Of a stretch of 64,000 nt of DNA, positions 24,837-37,399 are shown piece by piece. Origin of the DNA: the human T2T-CHM13v2.0 reference genome, Homo sapiens; assembly GCF_009914755.1 (NCBI RefSeq), contig NC_060932.1; one strand, 5' to 3'. Within the stretch, counting starts at the first letter, position 1, and every line of letters begins with the position of its first letter. Below the pieces are notes generated by a model that ran no database searches, had not been told where the DNA came from, and saw nothing but the letters and a program-made list of their open reading frames with translations. Both the position numbers and the translations under genes were made by a program.

Positions 24837-25812
24837 AAATTCCAGATGGCTCCAAAAGACAGAAACATGACAATTAGAGGTGGCCATCCAGGAATCTTAA
24901 ACGCTGGTGTCTTTATGTCCTGTGTAGGTTTTGCATTTTTATGTTAATCTGGTTTTGTATCTTGTCTAGAGCTCTACTATACAGTTTTGTATAGTGCTGT
25001 TTTATTTTGCAACACAGTATATACTACTTGGCTCCTAACTGCCTCTTCTGTGGTTTTCAAACACTCACCCCTTGATAGGATAGAGCCTGGGCTCTTCAAT
25101 GGAATATGATGCTTATTGATGCTTCCACCATTTCTCCACTGGAACTGCAGCTCCTGACTACAGTTTGATGTCATCCACCCATCACATGGCCCAGCACTCA
25201 TATACATTTCACAGATGTGTCAAGAGAGGCCTCAAGATGTTGAGAGAAAAAGTTTGCCAACGCGACAGTGAGGTTGTGAGGCACAGCCAAGAATGAAAAA
25301 GTCAAAAATCTGGCTCTGAGTCCTTTTTTCTAATGACTAGACACCACTCCCTCATTGGAACACACTTGGTTTTGATGCCTTAAAGGGACACAGAGAGCTG
25401 GCTGGCTTACAGAAACAAGAAATACTCTTCCTCCTGCTGGAGTGGTACAGCCTTTCCTGCCACCATCTTGAGGCCGGGGCTTTCAGCCTTCCTCCATATA
25501 CGAAGTCCTTCTCTACTCTCTCCTTTCTCTCCATGTCTCTTCCTCCCTAAATTTCTCCTGAATTATCTGTATGGAAGTTTATTCTGATACTAGTTTCAGA
25601 GCAACGGAAATTTCTACAGTATATAAATATGTTTACAAGTACATAGAATAATACAAAATCTAGATGAGGTAGGAGGTTCTTGGGCTTTCATGTCTCCTTG
25701 ATGTTTCTATTGAAATCTCAGAGAAGAAGATGTGGAAACAAAATGGTTTTATTCTTTATCTAAGTTGAGCTTTCCCTTCTTGAATTACCAGAGAACTCTC
25801 TTGCCGTGGCTG

Positions 25813-26089
25813 AACCCAGACCTTCCTAGCGTCAATCCTATGCTGTTTTCCTCTTTGTTACCCTTTTTCTTCCCACCCCAGATGGTTGGACTCTCTTTGA
25901 TGTTATTGTAAGCACTTTAGCTTATTTGCTAAGCATTTTCTGAACACCTACTACATTGTATGTATCCTGCTGGCTTGAGAGAGTAAAATAAGTCATGTCT
26001 CTATTGTATCCTTGAAGAACTCACTTTGTATCTGGTGGTAGTCAGACAGGGAGATAGAAAAATCTCTCCAAAGAACTGATAATAATATA
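25813..26089 (+). repeat. Donor copy of a local inverted duplication (unique DNA plus a decayed L2 end)
   Basis: Reverse complement aligns to 30791-31068 with 13 substitutions and 1 indel by manual count. Confidence 0.97.
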
Positions 26090-26637
26090 ATTGGATAAAT
26101 GCTCAAAGTTCTAAACGGGAAGGCATTTAGAATTTTCTGTGATAGATAGAAAGATGGCCATTGTTTGTTCCTTAACATGATCTGCTGGTTACTTAGCCTG
26201 TTTTCTGCGGATGATATGGCCTTAACTATGAAGGAGATGAGCACCTTCAAGCTTGTATCTGCCCATTGATAGACCAGATCAGTTGAAAGACTTGCCCTGG
26301 ACTGCATCAATCTTGGCTTTCCATAGACTTGATTTCTGACCTTTGCTTTGGTGTGATGCCATGAGCTTATATATTGGGATATCATTAAAACATCCCTATG
26401 AAACTTGTCATTGTGTGCATTGTAAGAAGGTATTTAAAAGAGCCCAGGAAAATTTTTTTCCAGGTTCAGGATTGGGAATAGTTCCATATTTTTGGCAAAC
26501 TGATTTCATTTTAGCTTATGGAGATTATGATCCTTTTAACATTATGATTGTTTGCCTTTTTGAGTTGGGTCTTAATAGTCATTGAGTTCAATCAGTCCCA
26601 CTCAATACTTGTGTTTCCCCTCAACTAGATGTATAAT

Positions 26638-26890
26638 CTAGTCAGAAAAACTTTTTAGACTGTAGCCCATACTAAAAATGCATTTTGCATTGTAACCTAG
26701 TAAACACACACACAAATTAAAAATAAAGTTCACAAAACAATATTGATATCTATTGTAATGCTCTCTGATACCTTTTATTCTTTTCTATTTAATTTCATTC
26801 CATTTTCATTTTTAAAAATACTGGTTACAACCCTGTAAATTCACTTGATAACCCTTTAGTGAGTTGTGAGCCATAGTTTGAGAAACACTG
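26638..26890. mobile_element. hAT-Charlie MITE
   Basis: Terminal agtttgagaaacactg Charlie-type TIR; exact family not assigned. Confidence 0.65.
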
Positions 26891-26899
26891 ATTGTATCC

Positions 26900-27095
26900 T
26901 TCTCTTGAACGCTTCCAGCTACAGACTTCAGTACTTCCCAGGAAAGCCCATCTTATCATCAGAAAATTGGAGCTTCTCTTTCAACTGAGCTTAAACTTGA
27001 CTCAGTAGATCCTACCCAGTGACCTCCTAGTTCTTTCAGTTTCATGCAGAAAAGTCCAGTCCTTATTCCTGACTACCCTTCCAATATTTGAAGAG
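26900..27095 (-). mobile_element. CR1/L3 fragment
   Basis: tacttcccaggaaagccca...ccttccaatatttgaaga. Confidence 0.5.
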
Positions 27096-28702
27096 AATGT
27101 ATCACCCTAAAAATTCCTCACCCACTTGCATGTGCTAGTGGCCAGACATCAATAGCTGAAACAAAGTGTGAAGCCAGAACAATTAGAAATGTTCCCTGAA
27201 GCATTTGAGTAATTCGAAGGCAAGTGTTGCTTTTTAAAATGTGCTCATTTTAACTGAACAATTGCCCCAATTCCCTACTTTATTTCAACTGTAGGAAACC
27301 TGGCTGAACTCCTGCTACATATTGATTTTGCTCAAAGGTGGCAAGTGACAACACAGCCGTTACATAAATGACATGAGAAAACAGCCTCCTTCCCCTATGG
27401 TATTTAGCACAGTCCACAGATGGCAACGACCTAATTCAGCCCAAAGAAGAAACAAGTGAAATCATTCACTCAATTACTTTCATTGGGTAGAGGCAGTGTG
27501 GGGCTCTCCTGATGCTCCCAGAAGAAAACAAAACAAAACAAAAAAAAAACCCGTCCTGAAACTGCCATGCATGGGTAATTTCATTACGACAGAGTTCCAG
27601 TCACCTCTTGTTTTCTTAAACTTGTATTATTGAAAGATTAGTCTTTTGTTTATGGTTACATTGCCAAGTATCCAAAGCAGAATTCTCCTTCATTCAGAGT
27701 TAATCCAACTGAAATGGACATGGCATTAAGAAGGCCCATGGCCCTGTGAGATCAGAAGAATTACTCAATCTGCACCACTTAGGACAGAATGTTTTTTTGA
27801 AAGCAGTTAGGATAAATTGACAAAGATTGCTTACTTCAGAATACAGAGGTCAAAGTGTAGTTCACAAAGACTTTATTATAATTACATGCTGTAATGGGAA
27901 AGATTGAATTTTGTATGGCTGGGTAGCAGGGCTCACTGAAGTGATGGGTAAATCCAATGTTGAGAGGTGATCAAGGATATTTTCTTTCTCCTTGATCCCT
28001 TATACAAAACTAAACTAACGAGTAAGTCTGTGTCTTTGAAGGGAAGTCATGAAGAAAATGACTTTCTTAGAAGGGGAGATGCTGCTATTTGAATATAAAA
28101 GGTACTTTGAACTGGGTGAAGCTCTCAAACATGGAGGACAAAACCACATGGTGATTTAGGAAGGATAATGAAAATAACCTTGGCCTCTTCTGCGGTCAAT
28201 AGCTTTGTTCACTTCATCTTTCCCTCTTGCTTTTGAATGGTTGGGAACAATGAAGATGTGGACAAACTGATTGCAAGGTTGTAAGCTACTAGTCTGGAGA
28301 CCGAAAATAATACGCAGATAGATTTGGTTTGGCATGCACAATGTACAAACATCAAAAGATCTATTCATGATAAGAACATTCAGAAAAATAGGAAGCGAGG
28401 GAAACTTTCTCTACTTGATAAAAGCATCTATAAAAATCTGCAGCTGACATTATACTTAGTGGTAGAAGATTGAATACTTTTCCCCTCAGATCAGGAATGA
28501 GGCAAGGATTCCCTGTCACTCTTACTTGACAGAGTGCCGCAAGTTCTGGCTGGTACAGTAAAGTGAGAAAAAGAATTAAAAGGCACACAGATTGGAAAAG
28601 AAGAAATAATGCTGTACCCTTGCAGATGTGATTGTTTGTGAAGAATCCAAAGGAAGGTCTACCAAAAAACTAGACCTAAGTTTAGCAAGGTTGTAGGATA
28701 CA

Positions 28703-29490
28703 GAAGACATTTATGCGTCCAACAAACATATGAAAAAAAGCTCATTATCACTGGTCATTAGAGAAATGCAAATCAAAATCACAGTGAGATACCATCTCAT
28801 GCCAGTTAGCATGGCGATCATTAAAAAGTCAGAAACAATGGATGCTGGAGAGAATGTGGAGAAATAGGAACATTTTTATACTGTTGGGAGTGTAAATTAG
28901 TTCAACCATTGTGGAAGACTGTGGTGATTCCTCAAGGATCTAGAACCAGAAATACCATTTGACACAGCAATCCCATTGCTGGGTATATACCTGAAGGATT
29001 ATAAATCATTCTTCTATAAAGACATATGCACACATATGTTTATTGCAGCATTGTTCATAATAGCAAAGACTTGGAACCAACCCAAGTGCCCATCAATGGT
29101 AGACTGGATAAAGAAAATGTGACACATATACACCATGGAGTACTCTGCAGCCATAAAAACGGATGAGTTCATGTCCTTTGCAGGGACATGGATGAAGCTG
29201 GAAATCATTCTCAGCAAACTAACACAGGAGCAGAAAACCAAACACCTCATGTTCTCACTCATAAATGGGAGTTGAACAATGAGAACATATGGGCACAGGG
29301 AGGGGAACACCACACACTGGGGCCTGTTGGGGGTAGCATTAGGAGAAATATCAGGGAGGGATAGCATTAGGAGAAATACCTAGTGTAGATGATGGGTTGA
29401 TGAGTGAAGCAAACCACCACGGCACGTTTATACCTATGTAACAAACCTGCACGTTCTGCACATGTATCCCAGAACTTAAAGTATAATAAG
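28703..29490 (+). mobile_element. L1PA (PA7/8-like) 3' ~790 bp nested in the L1MD-like element
   Basis: agaagacatttatgcg...gttctgcacatgtatcccagaacttaaagtataataa. Confidence 0.95.
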
Positions 29491-30790
29491 AAAATCAATT
29501 ATATTTTAATAAAGTTCCAACTAACATGTGGATACTAAAATTGAAAGTATAATACCTTTTACAATTGCTAAAAAATACTTACGTGTGTATCTAACAAAAC
29601 ATGAACAGGACTTACAGGCTGCAAAGTATAAAACTGATGAAAGCAATCAAAGAATGTCTAAATAAGTGGAGAGATAGTCCTTGTTCATGGACTGGAATAC
29701 CTTCCATAGTAAAGATGTCAATTTTCCCCAAATTGACATGCAGTTTTGATGCATTTCATAATCCCAGCAAGATTTTTTTGTAGATGTATAAAAAATTGTT
29801 CTCGAATTTATATGGAAAGGCAAAGGGACTAGAATAGCTAAAACAATTTTGAAAAGACAAATATAGTGGGGGGAGTCAGTCTACCCAATTTCAAGGTTTA
29901 TTGTGTAGTTACAGCAATCAAGACAGTGTGGCATTAGCAGAGGCTAGGTCATAGATCACTGGAATAGAATAGAAAACCCAGAAATAGACCCACATAAATA
30001 TTTCCAACTAACTATTGACAAAGTTGCAAAAACAATTCAATGAAGAAAAGACAGCCTTGTCAACAAATGGTGCTGGAGCAAGTAGACATCCACAGGCAAA
30101 AAACAAAGTGAAACAAAACAACTACAAAAAACCCAGAATCTCAACCTGTCTCATACCTTATACAGAAATTAACTCAAATGGACTTAAATGTAAAATATAA
30201 ACCTTTAAAACTTTTAGACAAAATAAAGGAGAAAATCTCTGAGAACTAGGGGTAGTTGAGAGGTTCTTGGACTTGACACCAAAAGCACAATTCATGAAAG
30301 ATAAAATGGATAAATGGCGCTTCATCAAAATTAAAAATTTATGCTCTGTGAAAAACTCTGATAAAAAGACAAGCTAAAAATTGGCTGAAAATATTTGCAA
30401 ACTACCTTTCTGACAAATAGCTAGTATCTAGAATATATTAAAAAAACCTAAAAAATCAATGGTAAAGACAAAACAAACCCCCAAACAACCCAACGAGAAA
30501 ATGAGCAAAAGACATAAAGAGACATTTCTCCAAAGAGGGTATACAGATGATAAAGAAGCACATGGAAAGATGCTTAACGTCATCAGCCATTATGGAAATG
30601 CAAATTCAAACGACAATGAGATCTTACTACATACCTATCAGAATAGCTAAAATAAAAATGGTGAGAACATCAAATGCTGGAAAGAATACAGAGAAACTGA
30701 ATCACTCATACATTGCTTGTGGGAATGTAAAATGGTAGAGCCACTCCAGAAAACGGGATTGAAAGTTTCTTAAAAATCTTACCATGTACC

Positions 30791-31068
30791 TATATTATTA
30801 TCAGTTCTTTGGAGAGATTTTTCTGTCTGCCTCTCTGACTACCACCAGATACAAAGTGAGTTCTTCAAGGATACAATAAAGACATGACTTATTTTACTGT
30901 CTCAAGCCAGCCAGGATACGTACAATGTAGTAGGTGTTCAGGAAATGCTTAGTGAATAAGCTAAAGTGCTTACGATAACATCAAAGAGAGTCCAATCATC
31001 TAGGGTGGGAAGAAAAAGGGTAACAAAGAGGAAAAGAGCATAGGATTGACGCTAGGAAGGTCTGGGTT
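30791..31068 (-). repeat. Inverted copy of 25813-26089 inserted in L1
   Basis: About 95% identity by manual alignment; L1 text resumes at tatgacacagcaattgca. Confidence 0.97.
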
Positions 31069-32039
31069 TTCTTTCCTATATGACACAGCAATTGCATTCC
31101 AGAAAAATAAATGGGCATTTATTCCACAGAAATGAAAACTTATGTTTGTACAAAACCTGTATACAAATGTTCACAGCAGCTTTATTCATAATAGCCAGAA
31201 TTTTGAAAAGATCCAAATGTCTTTAAATGAGTGAATGATTAAACAAATTGTGGTTCATCGGTACCATGGACTACTACTCAGCAATAAAAAGAAACAAAAT
31301 ATCAATAAATGCAACAACCTGGCTGAACCTCCAGGGAATAACGTCCAGTGAAAAAGAACCAGTCCTAAAAGTTTACATACTGTGATTCTATTTCTATAAC
31401 ATTTGTGACATTACAAAATTATAGAAATGAAGAACAATTTAGGGGTTGCCATCAATTAAGGAGGGATTGGAAGCAGGGAAGTGGGTGTGACTATAATATG
31501 GCAACACCAGGGATCCTTGTAGCAATGGAAGTGTTCTGTATCCTGACTTTATCCAAGTCAATGTTCTGGGTGTGATATTGTACTATAGTTTTGCATGATG
31601 CCACCTTTGTGGGAAAGTGGGTAAAGGATGCACAGGATCCTGGTATTCTTTCTCATAAGTGCATCTGAATCAACACTTATCTCAAAAAGAGAAGTTTAAA
31701 AATAAGTCTTAAAATAGGGTCTTTAGTTCACCAAAGCCCCTGTTATTTTTATTCTTTTACACCTACTAATTTGCTTTTCACAGTGTGTTATATGTCTGGC
31801 ACCCAAAGGCATGGGAAAGAGAAAGAAAGAAAGGAGAAAGAAAAGAAAGAAGGAGAGAGAGAAAATGGGATTTTGCTAACAAAATACACAGAAGAAATGT
31901 CATATGGTGTTCGTCTATTGGAGACAGATGAATTCATTTTAGAAAATTGGGTTTTAGTATTTGGAGGCATTGTATTCTCACAATTGTTCAGAGACCCATA
32001 TTGGAGAATGGGACCACATTTTTGGTAACGCTATAAGGA

Positions 32040-32660
32040 TCGCTGTGTATCTCTCTCTTCCATTAAATTCCTTGAGGGCAGGGACCATGATGTTTACCCT
32101 TTATACTCCCCTCCATTCTCCTTTCTTCCCTCCCCCAGCATAGAGGCTTAATCCAGCATTTAATAGGGGAGAGAACATATTTCTATGTTGATTAATAACA
32201 TAGCATGATCACAGTACTAACCACAAATACCCACGACCTGTTAACTACCTTTCCAACCTTTTTCTGTATGACTTCCCTCCAGGTGCCTAGTGATTTAGCC
32301 AACCTGAACTGCTTCAGGCTGTGCACACGTTGGGGGGTTTTCTCACCTCACTGCCTTTCTTCCACACCATTTCCTTTGTTTAGTATTCCCTCCTCCACCC
32401 CTATAGGTCCAGTTCCTACTGATCCTTTCACTGTTCAATCCAAAGACTACCTCTTTGAAGAAGTCTTCCATGCTGCAAATACTATTCACAGTTGATATCT
32501 TTGTTACTTTCAGCTTTATAGGAAAGATTTCTGTGGGCTCTGCCCTGTGCTACTGTGAGCCACTTGGGGGCAGATCTGTCCTGATCCTTCTAGATCTTCC
32601 CACAGAAACGGGTACAGAGCGCTGCCCATAGCAGAGATTTATGCATGTGCATTGAAAGAG
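32040..32660 (+). mobile_element. L2 fragments
   Basis: ttccttgagggcagggaccatg and actgtgagccacttgggggcag 3' motifs. Confidence 0.6.
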
Positions 32661-33593
32661 GAAAAAAAAAATCAGAATGACCAGGGTAGTGTGATGGATG
32701 CTCTAAGGGTAGCCAAATAAAAATGATAGGAAGCTAGAAAGGAAACCCAAGAGTGGGTCAGAAGGAATAGCAGACAATGTTAAAATGTTTTAAGGCTGAT
32801 TTTATGTGGCATTGGTAGATATTAGCCTGCTCACCACAGCCAGTTTCACTGTAAATCATGTAACAGACCTTGTAGAAATGCCAAGATAGTAGACGTCTGC
32901 TTAAAACGCAGAGCTCTGAGAAACGCTCGACTTCAAACATTGTTTACTTTCTTCATTAGGAACTAAAGAGAAGCAAGTACAAGGCAGCGGGTAGCAATTA
33001 CCTAATATCTTTGCCGAAAGAGAGATTTTTCAAAATGTGCTTTTCTCACTAATCCTTGAGGGGAAATGAGGTTTATTTATGGTGTCAGAAGAGAACAAGG
33101 CATTAATAGTAAAAGATTTTATATGACTTCATGTTTTTAGGAAAGTCATTTGTTTACAAATCCGACTCAATCAAACCCAAAGGTATTTAATATATTCCAG
33201 ATTTGAATGCCACCTGATTTCTTTACCCAAATTTCAGACTAGAGGAAGTAATTCTGATAGAGTGTATACACTGATGTAAGAAGATATAGATTATAAGGAT
33301 TTCCTAGCCAAGATGAAAATCTTAGACCATCTGATAGTCCAGGGAAATGATGGAATAATTAAATGCATTTCTTCCATCTCCAGCTTTAACTAAGATTGTG
33401 TGGTAATGGGGCTGTCTAAAGTTACTTAACTGTTTTGTTTGATAATTCAGGATAACAATCATTTGACCAAGAAATAATTACGTAAATAAGACACAAACAG
33501 ACTGCATTTGTGCTACATTTGTGTAATGAAGCTACTACAGCTATATGAAAATAATTATGGTTAATTTTATTCTCTTTCATTTGCTTACAATTC

Positions 33594-33895
33594 TTTTTTT
33601 TTTTTTTTTTTTTTTTTTTTGAGATGGAGTCTTGCTCTGTCACCCAAGCTGGAGCGCAGTGGCGCGATGTCAGCTCACTGCAACCTCCGCCGCCAGGTTC
33701 AAGCAATTTTCCTGCCTCAGCCTCCTGAATAGTTAGGACTTGCGCACCATCATGTCCGGCTAATTTTTTGTATTTTTTAGTAGAGTTGGGGTTTCACCAT
33801 GCTGGCCAGGCTGGTCTTGAACTCCTGACCTTGGATCTGCCCACTTTGGCCTCCCAAAATGCTGGGATTACAGGCATGAGCCACTGCGCCTGGCC
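33594..33895 (-). mobile_element. AluS (Sg/Sc-like)
   Basis: Full dimer with T-tail; TSD tgcttac(c)aattctt. Confidence 0.95.
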
Positions 33896-34936
33896 TGCTT
33901 ACCAATTCTTAAAGAAGATCTTTAGTCACTAAAAATGATATCTCACATTTGGCCAAAACCTTATTCTTACTAAAATATGTTTGCATAGTTTGTTTGATCT
34001 TCTTACCATAATGTTACGATTCAAGCAAGGATTATTATTTGTGTTTTACTCAAGAACAAACTAAGACTGAAAACATTCAAACAAATCCTCAAGTCCCTCA
34101 AATCTGCCAAAGAAATAATATATGAGATTTTAGAGCTGGAAGGAATCCCATGAGATGATATCTGTTTTTGTAAGCCTCATTAGATGTGCTTAATAATGTA
34201 GTTGATTGAGCAGTCTTTTGATCCAGGTGCCACTTTAAGGTGTGTGGTATTACTCTCTTGTTTTGCAGATTAGGTATCTGGCAGGTTTGCAACTTGGCCA
34301 AGGTCACATGGCCGAGACGCTTTGGTGGCAGCATACACACTTCACAGTGGGGCAGGGGAGCTGCTCCGAAGTTTTACTGTACATCAGTTAAGGTCTGGTT
34401 CTAGAACATCCAGACTCACTTGTGTATTCCAACTTCCACTCTGAATCTGCAGGGGAGATGTGACGTGAAATGAAATGATTTGTGCTTGCAGGCAAACAGC
34501 AGTCTCCTCAGTTATCAGAAAAGCAGTGAAGTCCCACACTGAGGGGATCCCTGTACACAAAAGCAGATAGTAAGTCTCTGCAGGAGACCCCATGGCAGGT
34601 GAGCTGCTGGATAACTGACTCATTAAATAGTGGGCTCCACCACTGATGATACCAGCATCTTGCCTGAGGAGTCTTAGAGTGCTAATGAAGCTACTACAGC
34701 TCGCAGACAGCAGAGACCTAGCACACAGTCTCCTAGAGAATATCTGGCACAACAAGCTGAGGTGTATTATATAAGGGAGGGGTAAAGAGTTTTCCCCTCT
34801 GAAAAATGGAACACTGATGACAACAGATTTCTTCAGTGGATTTAAATCCTATTTAAGAACAGAATTATCTAGTCAGATTGCATGCGGCGTTTTCTTCGCT
34901 TCATAATAATGGTAGCAAGAAAGTTGGAAGACAGTA

Positions 34937-35170
34937 CAAGCTGAGTATTCCTTTTCTGAAATGCTTGGGACGAGAAGTGTTTCAGATTTTGGACTTTTTC
35001 AAATTTTGAATGTTTGCATTATACTTACAAAATCCAGAAATCCAAAATCCAAAATGTTCCAAAGAGCATTTGCTTTTAGCATGACCTTTGAGTGTCTTGC
35101 CAGCACTCAAAAAGTTCTGGATTTTAGAGCATTTCAGATTTTGATCTTTTGGATTATGGATGCTCAACCT
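34937..35170. mobile_element. Tigger4a/MER46 MITE
   Basis: tgaaatgcttgggacgagaagtgtttcagattttgga...ggatgctcaacct. Confidence 0.88.
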
Positions 35171-36039
35171 CAACTTTGTGCTTTGAACTAGGTAAGCCCT
35201 TTTGAGGGTCCCTTTCAAATTCCTAAACTATAGCTTTGGGAGTCATTAAACTGAAAGCTTTCCCAGGAATTGTTGTTAACTGCATTGTATTAAGCTTCCT
35301 ATTATTCCTCTAGTCTAGTTATTGTTTTGAAAACAATAAAGTGTCTGACTAACTTATAGGGTCGTTACTTTGTGCTTTATTTGTATCTTGGCCTTAGGAA
35401 GGTAACTAGGCCTTTGCGTTCTCTTGCTTCAGGTACCTCAGAAGTTGCTGGAAGACCCCTCTGTGAAGGGATTATGCCAGGTTTGTTCCAAGAGGAAAGA
35501 AATGGCTTGGAGGGTGGAGTTGGACGTGGACAACTTGGGAAAGTAGGAAGTATTTCCAGAGCTGGGAATGGGCGTGAGGCTCTAGGTTCTTGAGCAATAA
35601 ACAGCATTGGGGTTCCTCACATTTGTTGCTGGGAACCCCAGAAGGGAAGGTCCAGCTGGGCCACTTGACCTCCAGATGCCAGAGCACCCCACCAAGGCAA
35701 AAGCACATGTCCTAGCATAACATGTAAGCGCAGCGCCTCCTGTCTTCATGAAGCCACCTGGCTTTGAACCCTAAGCTTGTTTGCAGTAGAGCTGTATGGA
35801 CCAAAGATGAGAGGGCCCTCTTTACATGTTAGGACCAGGGAAAGTCCCACAGCACCTTTGAACGATGTCCCCTAGCGGAAGAGGACATCGATAATAACTA
35901 AAATGAAATTTCTTGCCAATTCATTGGCATCTGGAGCAGGTTAAATTTGATTTAGAGAAATATTAAGAAATGTGACATTAAGTCTATCATTATAAAAAGA
36001 TAGTAGACTAACAGTACATGGGTAGATCTTAAAGTGTAC

Positions 36040-36370
36040 ACTATACAGTCACACCTGCTATCTCCTTTTGCCTTTATAATAACCCTATAAAGGGGTTAAT
36101 GTTGAGGTTATATCCACTTTATAAGTGATTTTCCCAAGGTCCCAGAGCTTATAATGGGCAAGGCAGCTCTAGCTGTTGCCACTTGCAAAAGGGGATCCCA
36201 TACTTCAGGTCTGGGCGATCACATTCATTTTTTTCCTCCATCTGCAATGGAGGCAACCATTTAGCAAACATTCCCCAAGGAACTACAACACACTGGGCCC
36301 TGGACAAGGCATGGGGATCCAACACCCAATAAGACACGGTCCCTGCCCTCAAGGAATCTCAGCCCTGAAG
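36040..36370 (-). mobile_element. MIR fragment followed by L2 3' fragment
   Basis: aagtgattttcccaaggtcccagagct; aataagacacggtccctgccctcaagga. Confidence 0.6.
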
Positions 36371-36512
36371 AGAAGAGCTCCTGGGGAAGGATGGGAGCCC
36401 TGGTGTTGGGAGCTGGGAGACGAGGTTCAGGGGAAGGCAGGAACCAGATGGTGAATAAATGTGCTTCGAATTTTGATTTCAGCAACTGTGAAGACCATTA
36501 TAGGAGTTTCAC

Positions 36513-36952
36513 TTTTTTTTTTTTTAATTAAACTTTAAGTTGTGGGGTACCTGTACAGAATATGCAGGTTTGTTACATAGGTATACACGTGCCATGTTGG
36601 TTTGCTGCACCCATCAACCCATCATCTACATTAGATATTTCTCTTAATGCTATCCCTCCCCTGGACCCCCACCCCCAACAGGCCCCAGTGTGTGATGTTC
36701 CCCTCCTTGTGTCCATGTGTTCTCAATGTTCAATTCCCACTTATGATTGAGAACATGCAGTGTTTGGTTTTCTGTTCTTGTGTTAGTTTGCTGAGAATGA
36801 TGGTTTCCAGCTTCATCCATGTCCCTGCAAAGGACATGAACTCATCCTTTTCCTGGCTGCATAGTATTCCATGGTGTATATGTGCCACATTTTCTTTATC
36901 CAGTCTATCATTGATGGGCATTTGGGTTGGTTCTAAGTCTCTGCTATTGTGA
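36513..36952 (-). mobile_element. L1PA (PA8-like) 5'-truncated insertion
   Basis: PolyT plus L1PA 3' UTR; TSD aggagtttcacttttt at 36502-36517 and 36953-36968. Confidence 0.95.
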
Positions 36953-37041
36953 AGGAGTTTCACTTTTTATTTTCTTTTAAAATTACAGAAGTATTGAATT
37001 ATTAATGAATAATTCAGTTGAAGCCAATTCAAGCCAATAAT

Positions 37042-37097
37042 GAAGTCAACACTTATGGAAGAACAACACATGCTATGTAAAACATTTGGTGCCTTAA
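37042..37097 (+). repeat. 56-bp direct copy of 39866-39921
   Basis: 50/56 identical by manual alignment. Confidence 0.92.
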
Positions 37098-37242
37098 TTC
37101 AACAAATATTTTAAAATGCTAAACCCTGTGTGATGCTGGCGACACATTGGTAAACAAGATGGGTATGGTCTCTGGCCTCATGGAGTTTGTATTCTGGTTG
37201 GAAAGAGATAGAAAATACACACCTTAGAAAGTGACCTGTTTT

Positions 37243-37368
37243 TAATATTGTTAAGTTTTAACAATAATATTATTATCAATCATATTAATATTATTAAGTT
37301 TTAACAATAATATTCATATTAATATTATTAAGTTTTAACAATAATATTCCTATTAATATTATTGTTAA
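37243..37368. repeat. AT-rich 34-bp tandem, internally palindromic repeat
   Basis: catattaatattattaagttttaacaataatatt exact at 37281-37314 and 37315-37348, plus partial copies. Confidence 0.92.
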
Positions 37369-37399
37369 GCTTTTTTTTAGAGCACGTCACTTAAACAAG

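Larger units (their letters stand above)
28355..31700 (+). mobile_element. L1MD-like element, ORF2 3' half plus 3' UTR, with nested L1PA and templated insert
   Basis: ORF-track peptides WRDSPCSW..IVKMSIFPKL and [20 protein letters not shown] are L1 ORF2 relics; 3' UTR agggatccttgt...gtgatattgtactatagttttgca. Confidence 0.88.

Noticed and set aside
35415-35486. Possible small exon (ctcttgcttcag ... ccag/gtttgt)
   Set aside because: Plausible acceptor but weak donor; such matches arise by chance in 64 kb and there is no transcript evidence.
35863-35890. 8-bp stem cgatgtcc/ggacatcg
   Set aside because: Too short to exceed chance expectation.
37243-37368. CRISPR-like array
   Set aside because: Head-to-tail AT-rich units without unique spacers, in clearly primate DNA with no cas genes.
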